Shown here: positions 1-14,457 of the stretch, piece by piece
How positions within the stretch are numbered: the first letter of the stretch is position 1
How the letters are laid out: the number at the start of each line of letters is the position of its first letter
Assembly: GCF_009914755.1 (NCBI RefSeq)
Contig: NC_060932.1
DNA length: 64,000 nt
Direction: 5' to 3' (one strand)
DNA from: the human T2T-CHM13v2.0 reference genome, Homo sapiens
The notes under the pieces: model-generated
The model's database searches: none
What the model was told of the DNA's origin: nothing
What the model saw: only the letters and a program-made list of their open reading frames with translations
Program-made: the position numbers and the translations under genes

Positions 1-649
1 CCAGATTTTTGTAGCTTTTTCTCTTTTGCTTTACCCCTTTGGAAGTTTTATTTTAATTTTCACAGGCTTAGAAAAATAGAAAGGACAGCTCTTAGAAAAT
101 CAGGGGATGTTATCTGAGGCCACTAAGAGAAATGGCATGGCATAGCATAGTGAAAACCGCAATGGAAACATTGCTTCAGACAAGTAATATTTGGTGGATT
201 GACTTTTTTTAGTAGGGCTGTGAAGAGAACTTCTAATATTTATGTGATAATATTTAAGCATCCTGAGTGAACACAGTCATCAGTGGAAGAGTTATACGAT
301 ACTTTGTTTTAAACTTTGTAGTACAGTTGTATATTTACATTTTGACTGGAGAGGGGTCGATGCTTGGTTCATGTCATTTGTAGAAGACTGGGATATGAGG
401 TGTTTGTTTTTTCAAAACAGAAAGTTTATAAAAAATGTTTTTCTAATCTATTGAGGATTTGAACTGTGAAAGGACCAAGCACATTTTTAGCCCTAAATTA
501 TCATTCAGCTTCCTAATATATAGACTGTAAATCACAAACAACCTGCATTTAAAGTCAGAACTTAACAGAATTTTTCAAAAAATATTCAACGGAATAATCA
601 TTGGTGGCATGTATTACTTTCTTACTATAAACCACATACTAGTCTAAAG

Positions 650-850
650 ACATGAAATGTGTAAACTGATTTAATTTGCAGATCATTCTCGGAGTTAATT
701 ACTATTACTATCCCCATTTTATAGATAAGAAAACTGAGGCATGTATTGATTGAATAACTTGTCCAGAGTAATACAACCAATAGGTAGAAAAACACAGTTT
801 GAAACTCAGGCAGCATAGGTTGACAGTCTACCTACTAGTCATTCTGCTTT
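650..850 (-). mobile_element. MIR SINE
   Basis: Core 'tccccattttatagataagaaaactgaggc...acttgtccagagt...tttgaaactcaggcag' is the reverse complement of the MIR core. Confidence 0.8.
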
Positions 851-1174
851 ATTGGTAAGCACCAAGTTATTGTCTGAAGGTGAAGATGGAGGCCTAAAAT
901 AGATAAAAACAATGAGATAGAAAGAGATTTAGGTGTTTGAAATGATGAAAGTTCATGACTGTTTTGATGGAGAATAAGGCATTGTTGTACTTTCAAAAGC
1001 AAAGGAGAAATATATTGATTCAGATAAATGTGGTAAACAGTATGGAAGAAGATTCTAGACTGTTCATTTTAGAGCAGCTACTATAGCTAGAATTTAAAGA
1101 AAAAACAAGTATCAGTTGTCGAGAACTATAGAGAATCTGAGATTTTTTCCCATTTGGAGCTTTATATATTAGTC

Positions 1175-1870
1175 TACCACTGTTTTATGCATACTAGGAA
1201 AACTCATGAAACACCTGGGTCAGAGACCAAGGACTTTACTACTTACAGCAATAACAATAACCAGGGTATTAGCATCTTCACTGGTTTCCTGAGCCACAGT
1301 TCTCAGAGTAACACAAATAGTGCAAAAGGTTATATTATGTAAGAGGAAACTGAACTTAGAAAATGTGACTATTCCATAACAGACCATTAGCACTCCTGTG
1401 TGTTGCTCCAGGGAGGGCCTCCATCTGTATCCTCCAAGGCTGTGTGTTAGATCAGCAGTCTTCAACCGTTTTGGCACCAGGGACTGGTTTCATGGAAGAC
1501 AATTTTTCCATGGATGGTTGATAGGGTGGATTTTGAGATAGAACTGTTCCACTTCAGATCATCAGGCATTAGGTTCTCATAAGGAGCAAGCAACCTAGAT
1601 CCCTTCATGCATGGCTCACAATAGGGTTCATGCCCCTGTGAGAATCTATGGCTGATCTGACAGGAGGCGGAGCTCAGGTAGTAATGCTCCCTTGCCTGCC
1701 GCTAACCTCCTGCTGTGCCAGGAGGTTCCTAACAGGCCACAGACCAGTACCGGTTCATGGCCTGGGGGTTGGGGACCCCCATGCTATACAAATATTCTTG
1801 AACAGGTGATCTGCAAAAAAGGCTGTTAATGTCTTTAAATATGAGAGACACATGGAGAACTGTCTCCCAT
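1175..1870 (-). mobile_element. ERVL LTR (LTR40-like), split by MER1B
   Basis: Reverse complement of 1783-1870 reads 'tgggagacagttctccatgtgtctctc...caagaatatttgtatagc', matching the LTR40 5' end; 'gtcagagaccaaggactttactacttacagca' matches the other end. Confidence 0.6.
1453..1782 (-). mobile_element. MER1B hAT-Charlie non-autonomous DNA transposon
   Basis: Termini 'cagcagtcttcaacc' and 'gggggttggggacccc'; internal 'ctgacaggaggcggagctcagg' and 'aacctagatccc'. Confidence 0.9.
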
Positions 1871-2124
1871 TGCTACTTTGGGTAGATTACTTTTGTCATA
1901 CGTTGATGTGATTATCAAAGCTTTCCATCATTAATTCTCCAACACCAATCCATGTCATTGTCTCACCTCTCTTTTTGCAAGTAAGGCATTTAAAATTGTG
2001 AGAATTATACTTTCTAAGCAGGGCTGAGCAATTATCAGAGGCAGAAGTCATAAACAGAATCACGGTGGGGAATGTCTGGTTGTATTGTGTGTCCACATAA
2101 TGCTTTGAAATACCACTTGATTAG

Positions 2125-2491
2125 TGTCTTAGTCTATTTGGGATGCTATAAAATAACACAGAAATACCAAAAACTGTGTCTTATAAATGACAAGTATTTA
2201 TGTCTCCCACTTCAGGAGACTGAGAAGTCCAAGATCAAGGTGCTGGCTGATTCAGTGTCTGGGGAGGACCTGCTTCCTCATAGATGGCTGTCTTCTCATG
2301 GTGTCCTCCCATGGTGGGAGGGTGAGCTAGCTTTCTGGGGTCTTTTTTATAAGGGCACTAATTCCATTCATGAGGGTTCCACCCTTGTGACCTAATCACC
2401 TCCCAATATACCTACCTCCTTATACTACCACACAGGGGGTTATGTTTCAACATATGAATTTGGGAGGGGCACAAACATTCAGACCATACCA
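2125..2491 (-). mobile_element. MaLR solo LTR (MLT1A-type)
   Basis: 'tgtcttagtct...gaagtccaagatcaaggtgctggc...cctaatcacctccc...ttcaacatatgaatttggg...acaaacattcagaccata'. Confidence 0.9.
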
Positions 2492-2734
2492 ATTAGTTAC
2501 CAATTTCACATAAAAAAAAATCAGGATATCTATCTTCTCTTAAAAATCAGTGCAGCTGATAACACTGGGTCTATATTCTGGAAATACTTCACAGTAGTAG
2601 CTTCCTCCTGCTCTAGACTCTGAGGCCAGCAGTCATGCTCCAGTGCACTTTGGTCTGTCTGCTTAGCTTCATTCATTTATACTATCTGTCTAAAGTCTAG
2701 AGGCGTTTGTAACCTCTGAATTGTAGAAACATTG

Positions 2735-3280
2735 TGTAAAGGAGTGAAGACTCTCCCTTTACCTTCTAAACATTTGGTAAGTGAATCTATGAAATAAACT
2801 CACAACAGGCAGTTTAACAGGAGAAAAGGTCTACAAATTAATTATGAACTAAGTGGCATCACAGGAAAGAAAAGTAAATACTCAAAAACCCAGTGAGATT
2901 TAGGAGCTTATATACCCTCTTCATAGGGGAGAGGGTAAGGGGAATGGAGGCAACTTAGGGGAGAGGGAATGATTTTGGGGAAAGAAGAATGGGTCTTTAG
3001 GATAATCAATGATAGTTTGTGAGAAAGTTTACCTGGGCATGGTGTCAATTCCTAGTCTCCCTCTCCTGTGATAAAAGTTCATCTTCCTTGGTTAATGAAA
3101 CTTCCAGGGAGGTGACTGATGGTAATGATGAAGTTCTTTTTGGAGAATCTGTCTTTAGGTGGATGAGGGAAGTTCAAAGAAAGCCTCTTGTTGCATTTGC
3201 TGTTTTCTAGTGCCTTCAGCTCAAAGTAATAAGTATACCAAAACAGCATATTTTGGGGTGGCATGTTCTAAACTCCTTCA
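2735..3280 (-). mobile_element. ERV1 solo LTR, MER34/MER39 group
   Basis: Reverse complement begins 'tgaaggagtttagaacatgccaccccaaaatatgc...ttgagctgaaggca'; other end has 'ttaacaggagaaaagg'. Confidence 0.8.
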
Positions 3281-4548
3281 GCTAGAACAAGGATAAGCAA
3301 TGAATCAGGTCTGGAAGAATGCAGGTGAAAGAGGCTGGCCAGGCCAGTGGGAGAAGGATCCAGTGCCAAGAAGATACAGACAGCATTCTAATGTCTCTGA
3401 GGGCCAGGTTATGGGCATGAGTTTAAGGCAAGCAGCCTGCAGTCTTGAGAGCCAGGTAATCCCTCAGAATCCAGACAGAGTGAGCCAGTCAGAAATTCAG
3501 TGCTGTAGATCAGACCAACATGTAGAGAAATGACTGCTTCAATTAGAGAACTATGCCCATCTCCACTGCTTTCTTTTTGGGCATCTGTATTTTGTGGGGA
3601 AGACGCAGATGAGAGGAGAATGCAGAATTCATAGAGCAAAACCATACATTGGATTTTAGCCTTGGAATCAGGATTTAATTCCAAATATTGCAGGATTGGA
3701 GACAGTGTGGTGCAGATGAGTAAGACAGTTTAGGATAATTAGTGTTAAATTATGTCACTTTACTTACCAATACCTTTCAAGAGTTTACACAAAGGTAGAA
3801 TAGAAAGACGATCTGCTTTGGAGTGTGACAAAAGGGATCTGACATCCACACTCTAAATTACCTGGTATGTCATTTTAGGGAAAGCTCTTAAAAGCTGGGT
3901 TTTTAGCTGTGAAACGGAGTTCATATCGCCTTGGAGATAATTTCCAAGGGCGAGTGGGAAGGCTGGATACAATAACTAGAAACAACACAGTTTTCTCTTT
4001 TTCTCGCATGCTGGAATAATTACTGTGTAAATACTTGAGCATTTTAAAATGCTTTGAGCTTTTTTTCCTCATCTTTTTGAGAAACTCACATTAAAATGCT
4101 AAGATATTAAGGAAAAAAGAGCCTCATTTTCCTGACATTGAGTGTTTTCTCTCTGCCTAAGACTTCTGCCTGGCTAAGGGAGAAATCTCTGGTCCATCTT
4201 TCAGGATTTCTGTGTTCAGTGAAACGTGTGAAGTGGCAATGTTTTTGTTTGTTTGTTTCTCGTTGTTGTTGTTGTTTCTTAAGAGTTTCAAGGTCAAGAA
4301 ATCATTTTCTCATAGAACTTAATAAGTGAGCTTAATGAATGTGTTGTGAAATTGAAACAATACTATAATGCTAAGATATTATCAACCGTCTTGATATAGA
4401 ATCAATAAGACTCAAGTGATGTTGAGGGTTTCTCCAAAGAGCCCATCAACGACCTAGTTAATGTAAAAAGTGGAGTCCACTCTTCAGATTTTTATTTTCC
4501 TTAATCTTTTTTTCAAATACTCCACTGGTTGTAAACTACTCATAGGGT

Positions 4549-4886
4549 TATAGGGACTCAGATCATGCTACCCTAAATAGGGCGCTTTGGCATGTTGGGT
4601 ACTTTGAACTGAAGGAGACTGGTAGAACCTCAGAAGCAATGTCTCTCTGACCTTGTCTCCTCCTCCTGTCTTCTGCCATTCTTTCTCCCTTGAAGCAAGA
4701 CACAGAAACCAGAATTCCTCTTCCTGGGTCTTTAGGCCTCTATTCCTGGAGGCTCCTGTGTCACTTAAAATTTTAGTTAATACATCTGTTATGCTTTTCT
4801 CTTGTTACCTTGTCTTTTGTTATAGGAGTGTCATCTGTGGCCCTTATGATGGGTGAGGAAAGGTAGCACATCTTTTGACCCCTACT
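4549..4886 (+). mobile_element. ERV1 LTR, MER31/MER39 group, short or internally deleted
   Basis: 'ggactcagatcatgctaccctaaatagggcgctttggcatgttgggtactttgaactgaagg' ... 'ttatgcttttctcttgtt' ... 'cccctac'. Confidence 0.75.
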
Positions 4887-5009
4887 GTCACAGTGTCTGA
4901 AAGTGAGTTTGCATATGGTATATCCAGAACCTTATTGCTTTTATCAAGCAATAAGAGCAAAAATTTTAATTTAAATTAATTTTAAATACAATTTAATTTT
5001 TAAAATTTA

Positions 5010-5656
5010 ATTTAAAAAATGTTTTAAATAACAAATAATAATTGTATATATTGTATATTTATGGGGTACAATATGATGTTTTGATATATTTTTATTTTAT
5101 GGAATGATTAAATCAAGCAAGTTAACAAATCCACCACCAATCATACTTTTTTTGTGGTAAAAACACTTAAAATCTACTTTTTTAGTTATTGAAATATACA
5201 ATGCATTATTATTTATTATAGTCACTGTTTTGTGCAATAGATCACTGAAACATATGTATTCCTTCTGTCTAACTGAAATTTTGTACATTTTGACCAACAT
5301 ATTCTCTTTCTTCATTAGTCCCCCTTCCCCCAGCCTCTGGTAACCACCATTCTATTCTTTACTTCTATGAGTTTGACTTTTTTAGATTTCAAATATAGGT
5401 GAGATTGTGCACTATTTGTCTTTCTGTGCCTGCTTATTTATTTCAGCATAATATCCTCCAGGTTCATTGTTGCAAATGACAGAATTTTCTTCTTTTTAAA
5501 GGCTAAATAGTATTCCATTGTGTATATATATACCACATTTTGTTTATGCATTGATCCAATGATGGACACCTGCAGTGGTTCCATAACTTAGCTATTATGA
5601 ATAATGCTGCAATGAACTTGGGAATGCAGATATCACTGTGACATGCTGTTTTTAAT
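5010..5656 (-). mobile_element. L1MA-type LINE 3' end (sense-orientation part of a 5'-inverted insertion)
   Basis: Antisense L1 3'UTR: 'attgtatatttatggggtacaatatgatgtttt', 'cccagcctctggtaaccaccattctatt', 'tagtattccattgtgtatatataccacattt'. Confidence 0.9.
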
Positions 5657-6184
5657 TCTAAAGCTTCTGCACAGCAAAGGCAACACTGAATAGAGCCAAC
5701 CCACAGACTGGGAGAAAATATTTGTAAACCATACTCTGATAGGGGGCTAATATCCAAAATATATAAGGAACTCAAACAACTCAATAACTAGAAAGCAAAG
5801 AACCCAATTTAAAAATGGGCAAAGGATTGAAATAAACATATCTCAGAAAAAGACATACACATGGCCAACAGATAACATGAAAAAATGCTAGTCATCACTA
5901 ATCATCAGGGAAATGCAATTTAAAACCGCAAAAAGATATTGCCTAACACCTGATAGAATGGCCGTCATCAAAAAGATGAAAGAGGAAAGATAACAAGTAC
6001 CCGTGAGGATGTAGAGAAAAGGGAACAATTGTGCACTGTTGGAGGAAAAATAATATAGCCATTATTGAAAAGCGTGGAGTTTCTGTAGAAAAGTCAAAAT
6101 AGAATTACTATATGTTCCAGCAATCCCACTTCTGGGTATATATTTAAAGGAATTGAAATCATTATGCCAAAGAAATATCTGCAA
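5657..6184 (+). mobile_element. L1 ORF2 C-terminal fragment (inverted part of the same insertion)
   Basis: 'aaagcttctgcacagcaaagg', 'aaaaatgggcaaaggattgaaataaaca', 'cagcaatcccacttctgggtatata'. Confidence 0.85.
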
Positions 6185-8489
6185 AGAATTCTTCTCATTC
6201 AGAGCCTGACTGGAAGATGTGATCAGTAATGGGACTGACACATTGTACTGGGAATGACTGAGGGATTTGAGAGATACACAACCACTGGAGGAACTTCTAC
6301 TTTTCCAGGCATCAGGGAGAGAGAAATTAGGGCTACGTTAAATAGCTCTGTAGAGTGTTCTGTGCCAAAAAGTGATTAAAGGATCGAGAATATAACACAA
6401 GGTTTGTTGTTTAGCATAGTTATAAGAAATAAAGAAAAATAGAAGCTTTTTTTTCATAAATATATCACATGACGTTAGAAAAATGCAAAATAGCTTGTGT
6501 TTTTAAGCTGGAAATTATCCTGTTACTTTCATATCACTTGACAGACTTAGTCTGCTGTGAACATTGCTGCAATTTGTGTGATTTAAACAGAGAAATGACA
6601 TTGTTTGGCAAGTGGGAAAATGTATGGCTAATAGATAACTCACCATCAAAATTTATAAAGAATCTAATCCAGAACATTTTATTTTCGCCCTTAGATCATG
6701 AGTAAAATAAGCCTTTATAAAACAGCAATTTTGAGTAGAGCATTGACTATGTAGGGTATAGTAGTGGTTCTTATAATTGGTGAGTTTATTTGTTATCAGG
6801 TAGATGTTTAAAATAGTCAATGAGTGTCTTGGCTGGACTTATAGAAGATTCCACAAATACAGTTAGATATCCTCGAATGATATGGGCCAAACAAGCTGCA
6901 TTTCTTGCCTAGGAGTCACACTACAAAGTAAGCCATATCAAAAAAGTAAAGTGTTGGTAGGTCAGTAATGCAAATTGTCAGTAATTATCAAAATTTTCCT
7001 GGCTTAACAAAATTATAATTTGAAAAATTGTGAGCATTGCATTAAGATTATCTATTTAATGTCTTGAATTTTGTTTTAATATAACAGTTAAGATACCAAT
7101 AACTGGCAGACAACTGCTGATACCAAGGCACTAAATTACTATTTCAATAAAGTTTATAAGCCATTTTTCTGGAAAGACCACCCACTAATTCTATCTACCC
7201 ACTGCCATTCTCAAGAGTTAAATCTTGTTTGCGTGGACTCATGCCAGGGCATTCCGGGTGGTAAGATGCTATTTGCTTTTGATGGTGCAAGTGTTTGCAT
7301 TCCTTCATGCTTAACATCAATAGTGCACAAAAAAGGGAGCCGAAAGCCATTTTAAAAGAAATTGGATTATAGAGAACATACACTGATACTGGCTCAGAAA
7401 CTACAGCATGAGAATCCCAGGAGAAACTTGTTCCTAAATAGCTTGTTGTTTTTGAACTGATTTGTCTCATGTAATTCAACCAAAGATTGTTCTTCATTTC
7501 TCCTAAATATCATGGGATTAATATATTGAGTCTAGTTATATGTGGTCTTGATAAAGCACAAGTAGATCACTGTTGGTGACAGCTGGAAAAAAAGATGAAT
7601 GTCAAGTCTTATCAATGTGAACTCATTTCAAATTGTCTATATTATTTATTAGTTGACTTGAGAAAACCTATGTAAATAACCATACATTATATTTGGTTTC
7701 ATTTTGTTTATGATTTTTTTTCTTAACTATTTTACACGTTTATATTCAGCAGCTTCCCATGGGAAGGAATGGTGAGCAAAACAAACATGAAGGAAAATGG
7801 ATAAGGACAAAAAAGGATTACTATCACTTGTTTAAATTTTGAAGTTTTTCATAAAGCTGACCTCCCAGGCCTAGAGGTGTAAAAGATTCCATTTGAGTCA
7901 TGTATACAATGCACCATCTACTGCCATGTTTCAAGAGATATAAACATTTAATTTGAATCCAAATGCATTTATCTAGCATTACTCTGTGTCAGATACTGTG
8001 ATATGCTCTAGAAATACAAATGAATACCTCTGATTTCTAGGAACTTACTTGTATACCAGCTAGAATCAGACATGCAAACAAGTGCAACCCAAAATGTCAG
8101 ATGACGATAGTGCCATGGGAGAAAATAAAACATATTAGAATGGCTACGTCATCCCAGATGTGATTGGTTGCAATTTCATGAGGGCTGTTGCTGTGGAAAA
8201 AAGCCTCACCTTCAGAAATATTGGTATACTGCCCTCATTGTTCATTCAAGATCTGCATGAAGGAAGACATGAGAATAACAAATGCCAGCCAGAAACTGGG
8301 GCCACATCAATTTCATGGTTTTTCTTTTGCTTGTAAATCAATGCAAAATTCTCCTTAACCTCACTCCTTCTGGTAGCTGTTTTGTGATTCATAGGGGAGG
8401 GAGGGCCTTTTATGCATATGTGTGCACACTCACACACACCATCTCAAAGCCTTTCTTGTTACATGACAAAGAGCTGGTGCTTCAGAGCA

Positions 8490-8620
8490 AGTGATATCAG
8501 GGTTGAAATCTCAGCTTGGCCACTGTACAACGTATGGAAAAAAAAACCTCTGTAGACTTCAATTTTCTGTATGAACCTGGGGATGATAATTTTTGCCTAT
8601 GGGGTTATAGTGGAATGGAG
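8490..8620 (+). mobile_element. MIR fragment
   Basis: 'gggttgaaatctcagcttggccact...aacctctgtagacttcaattttctg...ggggatgataat'. Confidence 0.55.
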
Positions 8621-8864
8621 TGGTTACTTCAGTTTTTAGCAGAGAATCTACTCTGAAAAAAAGTCTATTTCAAGAGAAAAAACTGGCGATATACATCTCA
8701 AAAGAAATCAAATATACATTTAAATCCAGAGAAGTCACAGTATATTTTAGAAAAAAAAAAAGAAATATTAAATTGAAGGTCTGTGAAACAGTCATAAGGG
8801 TTGTTCGAGTAAAATATTAAGAATAATTCTGATTGGGTTTTAACTAAATAAATAGAAGTACTTT

Positions 8865-9791
<927 letters not shown>

Positions 9792-10249
9792 CCTTGATTA
9801 TCGAGAGGCGGATTTCCTTATCATTCTCCCTATGGATGTACAAATCTATGTGTTTACTTTATCTACCTATTCATCCATCCATCTATTCCATAAAACCTTT
9901 TCCCAAGACTGTGATGTGAAGGAAATGGATGATGTGAGAGGCAGGGAAAGGTGATCTTCCTAGTCACAGCAGCCGGCTCAAACGACAGCAAGAAAGCCTG
10001 TTTATGAATCCTGCAGTCTGTACTAGTCCACTGGGTTTCCAGTTCATACCAGCAGACCTGAGGATATATTTTCACTTCTCCATTTAGTTCCTCAAGACTT
10101 TGCTGTGGCCTTCATTCAGGGTAAACTCCTTTTCTCTTCCAGGATTTTTGGACTTTCGAGAATATCTGTGATATGTGGAAGAGAAATTCAGGAAAAGCCT
10201 AAGGCCACCCAGAGAATAAGCATCCTACAATTAGGGAATGAAAACAGTA

Positions 10250-10605
10250 TACTGGCCGCTATGAAAAAGAATAAAATCCTTTTCGTCCTTTGCAGCAGCA
10301 TGGATGAGCTGGAGGCTATTATTTTAAGTGAAATAGCTAAGAAACAGAAAATAAAATACCACATGTTCTTGCTTATAAGTGGGAGCTAAACACTGGGTAC
10401 ACATGGACATAAGGATGGAAACAATAGACCCTGGGGATTCCAAAAGTGGGGAGGTTTGGCGAGGGTGAGGGATGAAAAATTACCTATTGGGTACAATAGT
10501 CACCATTTGAGTGATGAGTACACTAGAAGCCGAAACCCCTCTATTATGCAGTATACCTATGTAACAAACCTGTACATGTACCCCTGAATCTAAAATAAAA
10601 TAAAA
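10250..10605 (+). mobile_element. 5'-truncated L1 3' end (old L1PA/L1PB class)
   Basis: 'catgttcttgcttataagtgggagctaaac', 'gtaacaaacctgtacatgtacccctgaatctaaaataaaa'; flanks aaaacagtata / aaaatagtata. Confidence 0.9.
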
Positions 10606-10869
10606 TAGTATATTGTCTTGAGAAAGTCTATGCACTCAATTTTCAGGTAGGGGCAGAGTCTTAACCTTCCAGTGGGTGCTAAGTGATATCTATGGACTGA
10701 GTTCCGTGCATTATAATAGACAGAGTCACACACAAAATGAGAAATAACCATATTGGAAAATCAAGGAACCAATAAGGTTGTTGATCCCCCACACCTCCTT
10801 TACAAAATACATCCTTAAGCAAGATGCCTGACAGAGGAGAGGAAGGTGAGCCAGTACTCCATGCCTATT

Positions 10870-11405
10870 CCTTATTAGTTTATTGACATTTGGCCATGTT
10901 GATACCTTCTTTGGAGAAGTATCTATTTCAATTCCTTACTCATTTTTAATTTGGGCTATTGTCTTTTAATGGTTGAGTTGTAAGAATTATTTATACATTA
11001 TGTATCTAGACCTTTATCAGATACATGGTTTGCAAATATTTTCTCACATTCTGAGGGTTTTCACTTTTTTGATGGTGTCTTTTGAAGCACAAAGCTTTTT
11101 CATTTTGATCAAGTCCCATTTATCTGTGTTTTCTGCTATCACTTAGGCATGTGGTGTCATATCTAAGAAACTATTGCTTCATTCAAGTTCCCAAAGATTT
11201 ATTCCTATGTGATCTTCTAAGAGTTTTGTAAATTTACCACTTATATTCAGTTCTATGATGTATTTTGACTTAATTTTTGTCTATGATGTGAGACAGGGAT
11301 TCATTTTCATTCTTTTGCATGATATCCATTGCATGTTCTAGCACCATTTGTTGAAAAGATTATTCCTTCCACCTTGAATTGTCTTGGTACCCTTTTTTGA
11401 AATCA
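10870..11405 (-). mobile_element. L1M ORF2 3' fragment
   Basis: 'ttctttggagaagtatctatttca', 'ttgcaaatattttctc', 'gcaccatttgttgaaaaga'. Confidence 0.85.
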
Positions 11406-11409
11406 GGTT

Positions 11410-11700
11410 TATCTTAAGTGCTTTCTAATATAATAAATTTCTGCTTATCTTATGCCTTACAGTGCCAAACTTGGAATTAGACATTTCTCCAAGGATCCCT
11501 GGTTCCTACTAGCAAAAATGTACAGTAGAGAATAAAATCTGCTTATTAGGGTGGATTGTGGGAATGGCATTGCTTTTCATCTACTTTAGTGAAAAAGATC
11601 AGGGCAAAAATACACTTTATTAGATAAATATGTATGTAAGGCATGGCTTTATATTGATATTTCCACTCAAATTATAACAGTGTTGTGTTCCTACTTAACT
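11410..11700 (-). mobile_element. Old L1 (L1MC-like) 3' region
   Basis: 'ttggaattagacatttctccaaggatccctggttcct' resembles antisense L1MC4 3' end. Confidence 0.5.
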
Positions 11701-12161
11701 TCTTGGTTCTGTAACAGAAAATTCTTTTTCTACTAAAGATCTTTATTTCTGACAAAATACAATTATTTATTTGTTTTCAAGTCAAGAAAATATGTAATAA
11801 GTAAAACATAAGAGGTCCCAAGATTCTTAGTGCAGTTTAAGGTTACTAAAATTTAAAACCGCAGTAAACTTTTGGGATACCTTATAGAAAATTATGCAAA
11901 CAATAAAACTCCTGAATTAATTTTTTAAAATCCTATGTGGTTCCTTTTGTTTTTAGATTACATTGATTTCACCAATGATTTGTAGCCAAGGTTACTCGTT
12001 TCAGAGTTTATAGAGTCATTCACAGTATCTTACTCTGTATAGCAATATAATTTCTACACTTGTCTGGTAAATAATCGGTTCCTGTATTTTAGTTTACCTT
12101 CAATTTGAGACCAATGCTAATTTACATTCTAAAATCCTGAAAGGCTCCTGTTTTTAGCTAC

Positions 12162-12541
12162 TGTCTTAATCTGTTTGCCTGCTATAAAAAAAGTACTATA
12201 GACTGGTGGCTTATAAACGAGGGAAATTTATTTCTCATAGCTCTAGAGGCTGGAAGTCTGAGATTGGGGTGCCAGCATGGCTCTGGTGAGGACTTTCTTC
12301 CAGGGTGCAGAATGCAAACTTCTTTGTGTATCCTCACATGGTGGAAAGACAGCTGGATAGCTCTCTAAACTCTTCTTGTAGGAGTACTAATTGCGTTCAT
12401 GAGGGATCTTCCCTCATGGCCTACATACCTCCCAAAGGCCCCACCTCGAAATAGCATCACATTATAGATTAGATTTCAACATATGAATTCAGGGGAGACA
12501 CACACATAATGGGCTGACACATACATTTCGTCTATAATAGC
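12162..12541 (-). mobile_element. MaLR solo LTR (MLT1A-type)
   Basis: 'tgtcttaatctgtttg...gactggtggcttataaac...ggctggaagtctgagat...cctcccaaaggccccacctc...ttcaacatatgaatt'. Confidence 0.9.
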
Positions 12542-12809
12542 TACTAATTTTCTCTTGGTGCATATTGCCAACTACTGAGAGAAGGGCCTGATTTTAAATA
12601 GAAATGACCAAAAAATACTCCAAAATTATATATTATGGTTTTATTTCAGCACTGTCTGGTCCAACCACAATGTTTTAATACATATTTATATGACAAGAAC
12701 ATATATATAATTTTGTTTGGGTTAAAACAATTCTGCTTTATATTATTATTCATACTACTATTAATTTCTAATAATTTTGAATAAAGATACCTGCATTCAT
12801 TCAGTACAG

Positions 12810-13215
12810 ATGAAATCGGTGCCCTTATAAAAGAGGCCTAAGGAAGCATGCTTGCCCACCCTTCCATGTGAGGATATACAGAAGGCACTCTCTATAAGGA
12901 ACAGAACATCACTGGACACCAAATCTGCCGCCACCTTGATTTAGACTTCCCAGCCTACAGAAGTGTGAGCAATAAATTTCTGTTGTTGATAAATTACCCA
13001 GTCCAAGGTATTTTGTTATAGGGCAGCCTGAACAGACTAAGACAGTTTTCTCAGTACTTTTAGATGAAAAGCGATTGCTTCTTTTATTTTTCAGCTTCAT
13101 TTTTTATCTTTTTCTGCTTTCTGCCCTTGTTCACTTTCTCACTGTTATTTACTTTCCTCCTCTAGATAAAAGGGTAACAACATATGTATTGATTCATTTG
13201 TATCTAATTCAGGGC
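12810..13215 (+). repeat. Copy A of a 406-bp local duplication (3' part of MLT1A plus ~170 bp of its flank)
   Basis: Ungapped match to 16046-16451 at offset 3236; about 31 mismatches by hand count. Confidence 0.95.
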
Positions 13216-14114
13216 CTCAACATTGCTAAATCCAGGTATAATCTTCAAAATTTATAATTTTATTGCTTTTTTTGACCTACAAATACATCGTATATTATAA
13301 TCAAATATATTGATTTACATACATAGTATTTAATCTAATTTATTTTCAATTTTATTTGAGCCCTGCATATGAAAGCTTCCTATTCTTCCATGGGGATATA
13401 AAAAGGAAATACCTCAACTTCTACATGATTTCTACATTTTAATATAAATAACAAAGAACAAAACAAAATATGTTGAAGCACTTGAAGTTTTGCCTGAAAA
13501 ATTCTTTTGACTGCTAGGTCAAAAGCCATTCTTTATTTTGTAAAGCAAATATAAATTCAAGTATCTTAGTGTCAAGAATATTTTGAAACTAGTATATATA
13601 AACTAGAATAAAATTACACTTTTGAAAGATAATGGGGAAATGCGTCAGCTATAATACCTTTAGTGCATATCCAAAAAATTTACATGGAAAATCCTCCAAA
13701 TATCTAATTTCTAGATTGTCTGGATTTTCTAGAGGCTTTAATAAAAATCACTGGCGTTTATTTACATTTAATACCCATTTTGTTGCAATACATGTCATTC
13801 AAAACTCAGGATTTATATCATATTTATAGAATATGTAAATAGCTTTAGATGTAATTAGGTATTTACATATTCTATAAATTAGCTTTGGATTTAATTTTGG
13901 TGCAAAAATCTAAACTCTTACAATAATCATATTACATGCCCACATTCTCAGTATTACATTCGGTAATAGCTGTACCAGCTACTAAAAGGTAAAACATATA
14001 ACTATTTTTTAAAATTAAAATAAGGCAATAAATCTCTCAGTTTTAGTATAAAATATTAACTTTTTCCTGTCATGAATTAGAAAGCATTTAATACAAAATC
14101 TTTGATTTTGAGTA

Positions 14115-14457
14115 AAGAAGTTCCCTAACTTACGATGGTTCAACTTACCATTTTTCACTTTAGAATGGTGTGAAAGCCACACACATTCAGTAGAAACTGT
14201 ACTTTGAATTTTAAATTCTGATTTTTTTCCTAGGCTAGAGATTTATGGTACAATGATGCTTTCTTGCAATGCTGGGCAGTGGCAGCAAGCTTTAGCTCCC
14301 TGTCAGCCACACTAAGCGATCTGAGTACAATTAAGATAGGTGAGTCTAAGCTTGTTCGAGCAGTTAGGTGTATTAAATGCATTTTTGACTTACAATATTT
14401 TCCATTTACGATGGGTTAATAGGTATGTAACCCCATCCGTAAGTCGAGGAGCATCTG
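14115..14457 (-). mobile_element. MER47 (TcMar-Tigger) MITE, B-like
   Basis: Ends 'ccctaacttacgatggttcaacttac' and 'accccatccgtaagtcgaggagcatctg'. Confidence 0.85.

Noticed and set aside
7195-7497. 100-aa ORF in non-repeat sequence
   Set aside because: No recognisable domain, splice context or promoter; length is within chance expectation.
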